A stretch of 55,092 nucleotides of DNA from Oceanicoccus sp. (GTDB taxonomy: Bacteria > Patescibacteriota > Gracilibacteria > UBA1369 > 2-02-FULL-48-14), in contig JBLIGW010000001.1 of NCBI GenBank assembly GCA_047635955.1, positions 1 through 55,092 on the forward strand, in the 5' to 3' direction. Positions 1 through 9,637 of this stretch are shown in pieces. Every line of letters begins with the position of its first letter. The first letter of the stretch is position 1. The notes under the pieces were generated by a model, which worked only from the letters and a program-made list of their open reading frames with translations, ran no database searches and was not told the origin of the DNA. Position numbers and translations under genes: made by a program.

Positions 1-186
1 CCTCAAGACACACTAATCATTTGTGACCTTGCTGTTTGTTACCTGAACGATCGTCAATTTGAGACAACAATTGCTTTGCTTGAAATGGCACTTCAACTTG
101 ATCCAAAGAATGAAAAAGCAATGGACTGCCTCTCTACAGCTAAGTTCTTTCAAAAAGAATTTGAAAAACTAAAAGCACGGGACTAA
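1..186 (+). CDS. C-terminal fragment of a TPR-like repeat protein (5' end lies outside the window)
   Basis: Frame 1 is open from base 1 to TAA at 184-186. The translation ...LAVCYLNDRQFETTIALLEMALQLDPKNEKAMDCLSTAKFF... shows a TPR-like helical repeat pattern. Confidence 0.4.
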   Translation, partial: PQDTLIICDLAVCYLNDRQFETTIALLEMALQLDPKNEKAMDCLSTAKFFQKEFEKLKARD

Positions 187-309
187 GCAATACAACAAAT
201 TACAATTTGACAAGCGACTCTTAAGCTAGTAGGGTCGGAGTTGTTTTAAACACTCAAACGCCCCTTCACTGAAGATCGGCGTATATTTTTACTTTTAAAC
301 CCCAATCAC

Positions 310-561
310 ATGGAACAAGCATCCAACAATCACAAATTACCTGAAATAAGTGATGAGGTAAAAGCCTCAATTTTAGCCAAGATATTAAATGGAGCTGATC
401 CTGTAGAAATTGGGCAAGCAAAACCCGATGATATAGACATGAGACTTGACGAGTGGTTTGAGAATATATGTATATTAAACGACAGAGCTAAGACACTAAG
501 AGCTGACAATACAGAAATATCAACTACTGACTTCAATCAAAAAATTCAAGACACACTTTAA
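310..561 (+). CDS. small acidic hypothetical protein (83 aa)
   Basis: ATG-to-stop ORF in an otherwise non-coding gap with no recognisable motif. The antisense ORF 330-536 is hydrophobic and low-complexity and less plausible. Confidence 0.35.
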   Translation: MEQASNNHKLPEISDEVKASILAKILNGADPVEIGQAKPDDIDMRLDEWFENICILNDRAKTLRADNTEISTTDFNQKIQDTL

Positions 562-587
562 GACTCAAAAGATAATATTTACAGGTA

Positions 588-616
588 TTGTCAAAACCCG
601 CCTCTCTTGATACACT
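588..616 (+). promoter_or_regulatory. sigma70-like promoter for RNase P RNA
   Basis: TTGTCA (588-593), a 17-nt spacer and TACACT (611-616). This places the predicted start 6-7 nt downstream, at the G (622) that opens the P1 helix of the RNase P RNA. Confidence 0.45.
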
Positions 617-621
617 CACTC

Positions 622-993
622 GGCAAAAAACCTTCGAGTGACCGCGCTGTGTGAATTCGTTCATGCATCGAGGAAAGTCCGATCAACAGAGGCAGGAACG
701 TCGTTAACGACGACCGCATGGGGACCTAAAAAACCCCTTGTAGGGAAAGTGCCGCAGAGACGATAGACGTGAAACGCCCCCTCTACTTATCGTAGTACGG
801 GGAGCCCCCTCGTGAGAGGGAGCGCGTGGTAAACCCGTTCTGTTGCAAGGTGAGAATGGAACTTGGGAATCGGCTTGCCTCATGCCCCCAGGTGCTTACC
901 GCTAGAGCCACTCAGCAATGAATGGCCTAGATAGATGGTCACAATGGAAGCTTGCTTCCATACAGAACTCGGCTTATGACGGGGTTTTTTGCC
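622..993 (+). ncRNA. rnpB: RNase P RNA, bacterial type A
   Basis: Universal P4 motifs GAGGAAAGTCCG (670-681) and ACAGAACTCGGCTTA (962-976) are present. The 5' end GGCAAAAAACC (622-632) pairs with the 3' end GGTTTTTTGCC (983-993) to form P1. The region is GC-rich with no ORF. Confidence 0.85.
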
Positions 994-1458
994 CTATTCA
1001 ATAACAATACTTGATACTTCTTCAGGAACTTCAGTCAATTGAGCCGCAACGACTCCGTCAACATTAGTTTCACATTCTTGACCTTCGTATTGAGTCATAT
1101 CTTCAACAAAGTTAACCGTAAGTAGTTCACCGTCCAATGAAGTTTCAACAACGACATCAAGACTACAAACCTCGCTAATGTTTTTTGCTACGAAAACTCC
1201 TTCACCAAAATCAATTTCTGGAAGGGTAACTCCAGATTCACAAAGCTCACTTGAGTCTCCAAGCTTGTTGATTTCACTTTGAAAGTTTGAATATTGAGCA
1301 GGACTTTTGATCACAACAGATCCTCCCTTTTGAGCCAATGCTTCCGTGACACAACCTGTAAGCTGGTCAGTAAGATTGGTAACAGTTAGGTCTACCGCTC
1401 CACTTTGACAACCGGAAAGAGCCAAAAGAGTGGCGAAAGCTAGTGTTTTTTTAAACAT
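994..1458 (-). CDS. hypothetical lipoprotein
   Basis: N-terminus MFKKTLAFATLLALSGCQSG has a signal peptide and a lipobox (LSGC). The mature part is acidic and hydrophilic with paired Cys residues. Confidence 0.6.
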   Translation of the reverse strand: MFKKTLAFATLLALSGCQSGAVDLTVTNLTDQLTGCVTEALAQKGGSVVIKSPAQYSNFQSEINKLGDSSELCESGVTLPEIDFGEGVFVAKNISEVCSLDVVVETSLDGELLTVNFVEDMTQYEGQECETNVDGVVAAQLTEVPEEVSSIVIE

Positions 1459-1532
1459 AAGTTTTAGGTTAATTACTTGTGTACAGAGTAGGTTATCGTT
1501 AGATTTCTAACAAGAGCCTAGCCTCAAAAAAC

Positions 1533-2978
1533 ATGAAACGATCTGAAATTGCATTCGGTTTAGTCAAACTTCCTCTGGATTTTGGACTAACGGTGCTCAG
1601 TTTTTACTGGGGCTATCATTTAAGAACTCAAGGTGACTTCATCCCAAAAATTCAATTGCCTTTGAATTTGGACACCTTCCCTCCGCTAAATGAGTACATG
1701 GAACTCAGTCTGCTTTTTGCAGGTTTTCTAGTTATTGTTTTTGCCCTAAACGGAGTCTACAAACTAAAAACCACCGATTCTTTTCTACATGAAATCCGGC
1801 GTGTCTTTAGTTGTAGCGGTGTCTGGCTACTCGTACTCATGTCCTATTTCTTTGTGGTTCATGAAGTTTTCTTTTCACGATTGGTACTCGGATTCAGTGT
1901 AGGTATCACAGTGATTTTGCTTGTAAGTATGCGTTTAATTCTAAAAGAGTTTCAAAACATGCTGCTTAGAGCCAATATTGGTAAACAACGCGTACTTTTA
2001 ATTGGTTCAAATAAAATCACAATCAAACTAGCTAAGAAACTTGAGAAAGACCCACGCTACAAAGTAGTTGGCTACCTCACCAGAGGAAGTAAAAAGATTG
2101 CTGACCTCAAACGACTAGGAACTCTAAAAGATTTAGAAAGGATCACTAGAAAGTACCAAGTAGATGAAATTATACAAACCAGCCAAGTTTTCAGTGAGAT
2201 TCAAGATCACGACATTTTAGAATACTGTCAGGCCAATCACCTAGACTACCGATTTGTTCCAGACATTCTTGCGGTAGAACGAAGTAATATTGAGATCATT
2301 CCACTTGCAGGATTCCCACTCATTCACCTCAAACCAACTCGGCTAGACGGTTGGGGTAAAGTAAGTAAACGAGTAATGGACATTGGTATATCAAGCTCAG
2401 CTTTAATTCTTTTAAGCCCTCTACTGCTCTTGATTTCTATTGGAATTAAATTCGACTCCAAAGGGCCAGTGCTTTTCTGCCGACTACCAGATGGAAGTCC
2501 TGCCAATCGAATTGGACAAGCTGGAAGCAAGTTTCAATTCTACAAATTCAGAACCATGAAAGACAACAGCCATGACCTTAGGTACACGGAACTCGCACAC
2601 AAAAATCACAGAAAAGGCAGTCCACTTGTAAAGATTAAAAACGACCCTCGCGTAACTAAATTTGGAAATTTCCTCAGACGTAGTAGTTTCGATGAATTCC
2701 CTCAGCTCTGGAACGTGCTTCGAGGAGACATGAGCCTGGTTGGACCACGACCTCACCTCCCTGAAGAAGTAGCCAAATATGAAAAACACCACAAGTTCCT
2801 GCTCACCATTAAACCAGGAATCACTGGGCTAAGCCAAACCAGCGGACGCAGCGATTTAGACTTCGAAGAAGAAGTACGACTCGATAGCTACTACATCAAA
2901 CACTGGTCTTTATTCCAAGATTTACGTATTCTTGTAAAGACCGTCTTCGTAGTACTTGGAGGCAAGGCGGCCGACTAA
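1533..2978 (+). CDS. polyprenyl-phosphate glycosyl-1-phosphate transferase (bacterial sugar transferase, WbaP/EpsL-like)
   Basis: N-terminal TM bundle and a central Rossmann-like linker. The C-terminal domain has the motifs KRxxD..IS..ALILLSPLLL, KFRTM, DPRVTKFG.FLR..S.DE.PQL.NVL.G.MSLVGPRP and SL..DL.IL.KT. Confidence 0.85.
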   Translation: MKRSEIAFGLVKLPLDFGLTVLSFYWGYHLRTQGDFIPKIQLPLNLDTFPPLNEYMELSLLFAGFLVIVFALNGVYKLKTTDSFLHEIRRVFSCSGVWLLVLMSYFFVVHEVFFSRLVLGFSVGITVILLVSMRLILKEFQNMLLRANIGKQRVLLIGSNKITIKLAKKLEKDPRYKVVGYLTRGSKKIADLKRLGTLKDLERITRKYQVDEIIQTSQVFSEIQDHDILEYCQANHLDYRFVPDILAVERSNIEIIPLAGFPLIHLKPTRLDGWGKVSKRVMDIGISSSALILLSPLLLLISIGIKFDSKGPVLFCRLPDGSPANRIGQAGSKFQFYKFRTMKDNSHDLRYTELAHKNHRKGSPLVKIKNDPRVTKFGNFLRRSSFDEFPQLWNVLRGDMSLVGPRPHLPEEVAKYEKHHKFLLTIKPGITGLSQTSGRSDLDFEEEVRLDSYYIKHWSLFQDLRILVKTVFVVLGGKAAD

Positions 2979-2997
2979 ACAGTCACCCCACCACGCC

Positions 2998-3693
2998 ATG
3001 TTTAAATTTTTCGAGAATCATTTCAAACTGCATCAAGAACGCAAAGTCTTTACCGACTCCATTCAAAGACTCATCGAAGAAAGTAGCCTCACCGGAAGCT
3101 TCTTTTTGCTGACCATTATTTCAGCCGCCATCGCCACTCTAGGAATCGCCATGAACAGCTCCAGTATCTTGATTGGTTCAATGCTCATCGCCCCCCTACT
3201 CATCCCCGTAATCAGCCTCAGCGTCGGTGTGGGAGCAGGAAGTATACGATTAATACTCAGCTCATTACAATCTTTAAGTATTGGCCTCATTCTTTCCGTA
3301 GTTGTCGCCTACTTCATGGCTCGAGCAATTTTACCTATTGAACTGGATGAAACACTTTATCAAAATTTCTCAGATAGCTTTCTCTACGCAATCGTAGCTC
3401 TTTTCTCTGGAATTTTGGCCGTTTATAGTTGGTTCACACCCAAAACGGACATGATTATTCCTGGAGTTGGGATTGCCGTTGCCTTAGTCCCACCACTCGC
3501 CTTTTTAGGAGTTGTACTTGCCACTCATGAAACCAAGTTCTTCATTGATATTCTTCAACTGATTTTCGTCAATTTGACTGGAATTTTTCTCGGAGGATTT
3601 ATCACCTTTCTGATCATGTCTCTATTCAGCAAACAATCCAATATAGAACGCGGTACTCAAGTTGAAGAACAAATAGATAAGACAAAGAAATAA
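2998..3693 (+). CDS. DUF389-like integral membrane protein
   Basis: Multi-TM protein with IGSMLIAPLLIPVISLSVGV and GVGIAVALVPPL motifs typical of DUF389. I prefer ATG 2998 over the track start 2956 because it removes the 23-nt overlap with the upstream gene. Confidence 0.55.
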   Translation: MFKFFENHFKLHQERKVFTDSIQRLIEESSLTGSFFLLTIISAAIATLGIAMNSSSILIGSMLIAPLLIPVISLSVGVGAGSIRLILSSLQSLSIGLILSVVVAYFMARAILPIELDETLYQNFSDSFLYAIVALFSGILAVYSWFTPKTDMIIPGVGIAVALVPPLAFLGVVLATHETKFFIDILQLIFVNLTGIFLGGFITFLIMSLFSKQSNIERGTQVEEQIDKTKK

Positions 3694-3757
3694 GCGCTTA
3701 TCCACGATGACTTGTCCTAACTTACATGATATTCTCCCTCCGAATTAAACAAAAGTT

Positions 3758-6151
3758 ATGCCAATCTTAAAAATCATTGAAAAACTGCTTGGGGACTCCA
3801 ATAAAAAGGAACTGAAGAAGATTTCTGCCGTTGTAGAAAAAATCAAAGAAATTGAAGTTGAATACCAACTACAGCTCGAAGAAGAAGACATTCAAAAGAA
3901 AACAGCTGAATTCAGAAAACGTTTAGAAGAAGGTGAAACCGTAGATGACCTATTACCTGAAGCCTTTGCTTTAGTGAAATTTGCTTGTAGAAAACTAATG
4001 GGGAAAAGCTGGCAAGTTCGTGAAGATGAATACACTTGGGACATGGTCCCTTATGACGTTCAATTGATTGGTGGAATAGTGATGCATCAAGGAATGATTG
4101 CCGAAATGCGAACGGGTGAAGGTAAAACCCTCGTGTGCACCCTCCCTATCTACCTCAATGCCCTCACAGGGAAAGGAGTTTATGTAGTGACCGTTAATGA
4201 CTACCTCGCTGAACGTGACTCCGAATGGATGGGCGGACTTTTCCGATTCCTAGGGCTCACCGTTGGGAATATTAAACGAGGTCAAAATACTGAAGAAAAG
4301 AAAGATGCCTACAATGCGGATGTGACTTACGGAACAAACAATGAATATGGTTTCGACTACCTTCGAGACAATATGGCTCAAACTAAAGATAAAATCGTTC
4401 AACGAAAACTTCACTTCGCTATTATCGATGAAGTAGATTCAATCCTCGTAGATGAATCTCGAACGCCACTGATTATTTCTGCTCCAGGGGAAGAATCAAC
4501 TGAAAAGTACACGCTTTACAACAAGCTTGTTCGTCAGTTGGATGAGAATACTCACTACAATGTTGATGAGAAACAACGAGTCGCTTCACTCAGTGAAGAA
4601 GGAATCAAAAAGATGGAAGAACTCATGGGAGTTGATAACATTTACACTGAAAAAGGCTTTGGTGAAGTTCACCACATTGAACAAGCCCTTCGTGCTAATT
4701 TTGTTTATAAAAAAGACAGTGACTATGTAGTTCAAGATGGAAGCGTAATGATTGTGGACGAATTCACCGGACGACTCATGCCGGGACGACGTTACGGGCA
4801 AGGTTTGCACCAAGCGGTAGAAGCCAAAGAAACAGTAGATATTAAACGTGAAAGCCGAACTCTAGCGACCATCACATTCCAAAATTATTTCCGTATGTTT
4901 GAAAAACTCGCGGGGATGACAGGAACGGCCGTAACTGAAGAAGAGGAGTTCGCCAGTATTTATGGCCTCAATGTGATTCCAGTTCCTACTCACAGACCCG
5001 TGGTTCGTGATGATATGTCCGATGCGATTTTCAAAAACATCACTGGAAAGTTCAATGCCATTGCTGATAAAGCAAAAGAGCTTAATGAAAAAGGACAACC
5101 TATCTTGATTGGAACCATCTCTGTAGAAAAGTCAGAAACCCTTTCTAAACTACTCAAAAAACGAGGGATCCCTCACAATGTTTTGAATGCCAAAGCCCAT
5201 GAACGTGAAGCGGAAATCGTTTCAAATGCTGGGCAAAAAGGAGCCGTTACCATCGCTACCAATATGGCTGGGCGTGGAACCGACATCAAACTTGGTGAAG
5301 GTGTAAAAGAACTCGGTGGTCTTTACGTAATGGGGTCAGAACGACATGAATCTCGACGAATCGACAACCAGCTCCGTGGACGTTCAGGACGTCAAGGAGA
5401 CCCAGGTGCCAGTCAATTTTACGTATCCATGGAAGACGACCTAATGCGAATTTTTGGAGGAGAACGACTAAAAGACTTAATGGAAAAGATGGGATTCCCT
5501 GAAGACATGCCTATTCAGAATGGAATGATCTCAGGCCGAATTGAAGGAGCTCAAAAGAAAGTAGAAGGTCGCAATTTCGACATCCGTAAACACCTAGTTC
5601 AATACGACGATGTAATGAATAAACACCGAGAAATTATTTACGACCGACGTCGTAATGTTCTATTTGAAGAAAGCCTAAAGAATGAAATGATTGTGCTTGT
5701 TGAACAAGAAGTTGAAAAAATTGTGCTTCGACACCCAGGTGACAACAAAGAAATGTCTGAAGTAGTGAATGCCCTTCATAGAAATGAAGCCTCACCTCTT
5801 GCTCAAGAAACATTAGATGGAATGGACAGCGAATCCCAGATCCGACTGATTACCAAACATTTAGAATCGGAATACACAGCCAAAGAAGCAGCACTTCCTG
5901 AACCAGGAATCATGAGGAAAGCAGAACGAATGATCATGCTTCGAATCATCGACATTCACTGGATGCGTCACATCTCTGAACTCAAAGATCTACGTGGAGC
6001 AGTTTCTCTCTCTGGATACGGTCAACGAGACCCACTCATTGAATACCAAAACTTAGCCTTCGGTTCTTTCCAAGACATGCTTGCTAAAATTGACCGCAAC
6101 ATTGTGAGCAGTCTCTTCCGAGTGAAAATCAACGTAAAGCCGAGATCTTAA
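3758..6151 (+). CDS. secA: preprotein translocase ATPase SecA
   Basis: Full-length match to SecA hallmarks: MRTGEGKTL (Walker A), DEVDSILVDE.RTPLIIS, TNMAGRGTDIKLG and LRGRSGRQGDPG.S.FY.S.EDDLMR. Confidence 0.97.
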   Translation: MPILKIIEKLLGDSNKKELKKISAVVEKIKEIEVEYQLQLEEEDIQKKTAEFRKRLEEGETVDDLLPEAFALVKFACRKLMGKSWQVREDEYTWDMVPYDVQLIGGIVMHQGMIAEMRTGEGKTLVCTLPIYLNALTGKGVYVVTVNDYLAERDSEWMGGLFRFLGLTVGNIKRGQNTEEKKDAYNADVTYGTNNEYGFDYLRDNMAQTKDKIVQRKLHFAIIDEVDSILVDESRTPLIISAPGEESTEKYTLYNKLVRQLDENTHYNVDEKQRVASLSEEGIKKMEELMGVDNIYTEKGFGEVHHIEQALRANFVYKKDSDYVVQDGSVMIVDEFTGRLMPGRRYGQGLHQAVEAKETVDIKRESRTLATITFQNYFRMFEKLAGMTGTAVTEEEEFASIYGLNVIPVPTHRPVVRDDMSDAIFKNITGKFNAIADKAKELNEKGQPILIGTISVEKSETLSKLLKKRGIPHNVLNAKAHEREAEIVSNAGQKGAVTIATNMAGRGTDIKLGEGVKELGGLYVMGSERHESRRIDNQLRGRSGRQGDPGASQFYVSMEDDLMRIFGGERLKDLMEKMGFPEDMPIQNGMISGRIEGAQKKVEGRNFDIRKHLVQYDDVMNKHREIIYDRRRNVLFEESLKNEMIVLVEQEVEKIVLRHPGDNKEMSEVVNALHRNEASPLAQETLDGMDSESQIRLITKHLESEYTAKEAALPEPGIMRKAERMIMLRIIDIHWMRHISELKDLRGAVSLSGYGQRDPLIEYQNLAFGSFQDMLAKIDRNIVSSLFRVKINVKPRS

Positions 6152-7727
6152 TCCAGGTATCTACCTCAAGATCCTCATAAACTTCTGTATCACCACTCAC
6201 CCACTCAATGGTGAGTGAGCTTACTTGCAAATCATTTCCCAGACCAAAAATCACATCTGAACTTTGATCGGAGAGTAAACCATGACTCGAGAACACACGC
6301 TTCACCAGGAGCCTGCCGTCTTGTTTTTCAAGCGTGAGCCTGGCACCTAGTGTACTCACATCATCAGGCAGCTCCACCGCCAGATAATGGTTTTCTCCTC
6401 CGTCATTTAGAAAGGCACGGGAAGGACCCGCCAAATTCACATAAAGCAGATCAAGCTGCCCATCTTTATTGAAATCAGATACTAGTGGAGCAATCCCATA
6501 ATAGTAATTTTCAACACCCGCCAGTGAGGTCACGGCTTGATAAAGTCCCGATTCGTCTTGAGTCAATAAACGTCCAGGCAATTTACTCAGTTTATGAGCG
6601 GGCCACTTGATGTAGCTTTGCATAACCAACAACTCAGGATTTCCATTCAAATTTAAATCAGCAAAGACACTTCCCCAGCCAAATTCGTAGCCCGTGAGTC
6701 CATAGTCAGCATTTCCTTGAGAGAACTCAAAGTTTCCTTCGTTAATGAGCAAACTCCATTCCGGATCAAAGCTCTGATCAGCATTTAGATCCCCTCGCGC
6801 CGTCGCCAAAGGAATGGTGGATCCCGTATTGCTAAAGAACAGATCAGCATCTCCATCACTATCCACATCCCCTATCGCCAGTCCCATCCAGAAGCCATAG
6901 CCACTAGGCAGTGAAATTTCTGTAAAGGTCTCGTCACCATTATTTTTAAAGATCTGAATCAAATCAGTATTGGTCGCAATTACCAAATCTTCATTGAGAT
7001 CCCCATTGAGATCCACAAAAGAACTGAGGAAAGTATTTTGACTGAAGCTAAGACCCATCTCTTCCGTTGCATCTCTAAAGGTATTGTCTCCATTATTCAT
7101 CAACATAATATTAGCCGAGAGATTTGAAGGGTCATTAAAAGTCCCCGTTCGAAACACAGCCGGATTCTTAAAGGTACTCACATATAAATCCACGAAGCCA
7201 TCACGGTTCACGTCCGTACTCGCCAAGGAAAAAGGCCGTGCATTACTTTCATAATCCACTTCTATAATTTCTTCAGTGAAAACGCCCCCTTCATTTGTAT
7301 AAAAATAAATTTCTTCACTTCGTGCTACAAAAAGGTCCACATCCCCATCTTGATCAGCATCCACTGAAATCGCTCCAAAGCCCGCCGAATTGTTGGAAAG
7401 CCCAGTACCTTGGGTAATATCTACGAAATTTTCACCATCAAATTTCATCAAGGCATCGGATTGCCCTTCAGCCCCTCCCAGAAAGACTTCGTCCACGCCG
7501 TCTCCATCTATATCAATCAGGGCCGAACCTAAAAAGTACTCCCCACCTTCATGAGTAAAGGGGAAATCCACCTCATTGAAACTAGGCACATAATATTCTT
7601 CATTATCGCTTTCTAGCATGGTCACCTCCTCCAAGACCTCTTGAGTGAAATAGGGTTTAGCAAGAAAAACTCCCACTCCAATGAGGATGATAAGGGCCAC
7701 TAGTATCCATAGTTTATGTTTTTTCAT
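6129..7727 (-). CDS. CRTAC1-family FG-GAP/VCBS repeat protein with an ASPIC/UnbV-like C-terminal domain
   Basis: N-terminal signal anchor, repeated D.DGDGD.DL/N.DG..DL calcium-type FG-GAP motifs, and a C-terminal ...HGLLSDQSSDVIFGLG....V..L.IEW.SG pattern typical of UnbV_ASPIC. Its 3' end overlaps the secA 3' end by 23 nt. Confidence 0.7.
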   Translation of the reverse strand: MKKHKLWILVALIILIGVGVFLAKPYFTQEVLEEVTMLESDNEEYYVPSFNEVDFPFTHEGGEYFLGSALIDIDGDGVDEVFLGGAEGQSDALMKFDGENFVDITQGTGLSNNSAGFGAISVDADQDGDVDLFVARSEEIYFYTNEGGVFTEEIIEVDYESNARPFSLASTDVNRDGFVDLYVSTFKNPAVFRTGTFNDPSNLSANIMLMNNGDNTFRDATEEMGLSFSQNTFLSSFVDLNGDLNEDLVIATNTDLIQIFKNNGDETFTEISLPSGYGFWMGLAIGDVDSDGDADLFFSNTGSTIPLATARGDLNADQSFDPEWSLLINEGNFEFSQGNADYGLTGYEFGWGSVFADLNLNGNPELLVMQSYIKWPAHKLSKLPGRLLTQDESGLYQAVTSLAGVENYYYGIAPLVSDFNKDGQLDLLYVNLAGPSRAFLNDGGENHYLAVELPDDVSTLGARLTLEKQDGRLLVKRVFSSHGLLSDQSSDVIFGLGNDLQVSSLTIEWVSGDTEVYEDLEVDTWIKISALR

Positions 7728-7792
7728 AAATGAAGTTTACTCCAAGTTTACTCATTTATGAAAGTTTTCATTTACCAATAAATTGTTTCAAG

Positions 7793-8440
7793 TTAAAAGC
7801 CCTTGAAACACGAATACAGCGTATCAAAGGCTAGCTTCGTATCTTCATGATCCACGAAAATCATGAATTCCGTGTAGGTGGAAAAGACCTCGACTAGATT
7901 CACCCCTTGAAGGCTTGTTTTCTGAAGGACAAGATAAAGAAAACCAGGAGATTTAGTATATTCCGCATCAAACTGAACCCCTATCCCAGTAATATTTTTT
8001 TTAATAAAGATCGGCTCATCCTTAATAAATTCCGGCATTCGTTCTAGAAAGCCAAGTTCTACAATAATTGTAATCTCCTTACTACTCTCTGAGATTGAAA
8101 TAAATCCTTTATATTTCTGTATCCATTTATAAAAGTCGTTCACCTGCTTATGAATAGCGGGTGTTTTAGCAAAAGTAGCCGTGAACAGGTTTGCTTGCAC
8201 AGAAATTTTCTGGACTAAAAACTCATCCGTCAGTTTATAAGTTTTAGTGAAGTCACGCTGTATTCTCGAAAGATTCATAAGAATTGCGCTCTCTTTTACT
8301 TCTTTCTGAAGACGCGCCTCCACCAATGGTTTCAGATAACGCGCAAGCTGAGATAAATTAAAAAGCCGGTGCGAAAGACCCGCTTTCAAAAAACTGTTTA
8401 CATTTATTATTGTACTGAGTGCATCTGATATTTTCAACAT
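7793..8440 (-). CDS. hypothetical protein with an ACT-like C-terminal half
   Basis: The C-terminal segment GIGVQFDAEYTKSPGFLYLVLQKTSLQGVNLVEVFSTYTEFMIFVDHEDTKLAFDTL resembles the ACT regulatory domains of aspartokinases (..pG....i...L...giN...i.qs.sE..is.vv...d...a...L). The N-terminal half is unassigned. Confidence 0.4.
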   Translation of the reverse strand: MLKISDALSTIINVNSFLKAGLSHRLFNLSQLARYLKPLVEARLQKEVKESAILMNLSRIQRDFTKTYKLTDEFLVQKISVQANLFTATFAKTPAIHKQVNDFYKWIQKYKGFISISESSKEITIIVELGFLERMPEFIKDEPIFIKKNITGIGVQFDAEYTKSPGFLYLVLQKTSLQGVNLVEVFSTYTEFMIFVDHEDTKLAFDTLYSCFKGF

Positions 8441-8542
8441 AATATAAATTTATAACATTTTCGTATAAAAATCCATACTTTTGACAATAAACTTTACCTG
8501 TTCGAAGCTGAAGGGTAAAACAGATATAAGTTAATACAAGTT

Positions 8543-9637
8543 ATGAGATCAGTTGAAGTCGAAAAATACGGTGGAGAAAACGTAACCGAGATGCGAGAAA
8601 ACGCAGACCGTGCCCAAGCCCATGCTCAAGAAGGGGGTGATAAAATACTTGTGCTTTCTGCAATGCGCGATGAAAAGTTCAATACCACATCAAGCTTAAT
8701 TGCAGCCGCTTGTGACATTCAAAATGGAGAAATACAAAATGCAATGACAAGAGTTTGCGCAATCTCTGAATTTACAAAAGCAGTCATACATAGAGAAACC
8801 TCTGAAGATCTGTACTCAGAGCTTGAAACCGTTCTTTTTAACACATTAGCTGAACTTTCAAGTGTGCTTTCAAGCGCTACCAATATAACAAGCGACGGAA
8901 GCGATTACCACACAGAAGACGGCATCTCCATCACCCGATTTGGTGAACTCATTTCTCAAAGAATTTATGCACGCTACTTCGAGCTTCTAGGAATTCAAAG
9001 CCAAGAACTCAATCTTAGTTCCTATAATGATTTCGAAACCGAGCTTGCTGACTTCCAAGGTGGAATTGGGATTTCTGGCGGACATACTCATGGACTAAGT
9101 CAAGAACGTGGCTATAGCGACCTTAAAGCGGCCGCTATAGCTAAAACTTTTGATGGGCTTGGCCTCACAACTGACTTAATAGTAACTAAACAGTTCTCTC
9201 TTCATTCTGCAGATCCTCGACAGTTCAACAGAACCACTCACATTAGTTCAATGCGTAGTGATGTCGCTGCCGTTGCCTTTGCTGCAAATGGTGTAGTCCA
9301 AAGCAATGTAATGACTATGCTTAAAGGAACAAACGTGAGAATTCGTGTACTAAATTCAAATACAGGTGCGTCAACTTGGGTTACTCCTCAAACAGATACG
9401 CCTTCAGGCTCTGTACAGCTCATTCACTGTGACTACACTGATGAAGGTATCCATGTGCAATTCATAGGTCCTGGTGTGAATGGACCCGTAACTAGAGCCA
9501 CAACTAAAATCCTAAATGAACTAGGTATTGATGATTACTACCACGAAGATCATAATAATATGGTGCGTCTTTCGTCACCTTACCTTTCTGAGGCTACACT
9601 CCAAACCCTCCACGACCGCCTAACCCAAACTCGATAA
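8543..9637 (+). CDS. divergent aspartokinase-like (amino-acid kinase family) protein
   Basis: It is collinear with aspartokinase: VEKYGGENV (cf. VQKFGGTSV), ILVLSAM (cf. VVVVSAM), FGELISQRIYA..F..LGI, ERGYSD (cf. GRGGSD), ADPRQF (cf. ADPR.V) and RIRVLNSN..GTWV. Several catalytic-motif residues are substituted. Confidence 0.55.
   Translation: MRSVEVEKYGGENVTEMRENADRAQAHAQEGGDKILVLSAMRDEKFNTTSSLIAAACDIQNGEIQNAMTRVCAISEFTKAVIHRETSEDLYSELETVLFNTLAELSSVLSSATNITSDGSDYHTEDGISITRFGELISQRIYARYFELLGIQSQELNLSSYNDFETELADFQGGIGISGGHTHGLSQERGYSDLKAAAIAKTFDGLGLTTDLIVTKQFSLHSADPRQFNRTTHISSMRSDVAAVAFAANGVVQSNVMTMLKGTNVRIRVLNSNTGASTWVTPQTDTPSGSVQLIHCDYTDEGIHVQFIGPGVNGPVTRATTKILNELGIDDYYHEDHNNMVRLSSPYLSEATLQTLHDRLTQTR

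Noticed and set aside
8441-8542. Lysine riboswitch upstream of the aspartokinase-like/lysA operon
   Set aside because: The intergenic region is only 102 nt and must also hold two divergent promoters. I could not find the conserved L-box helices or motifs.
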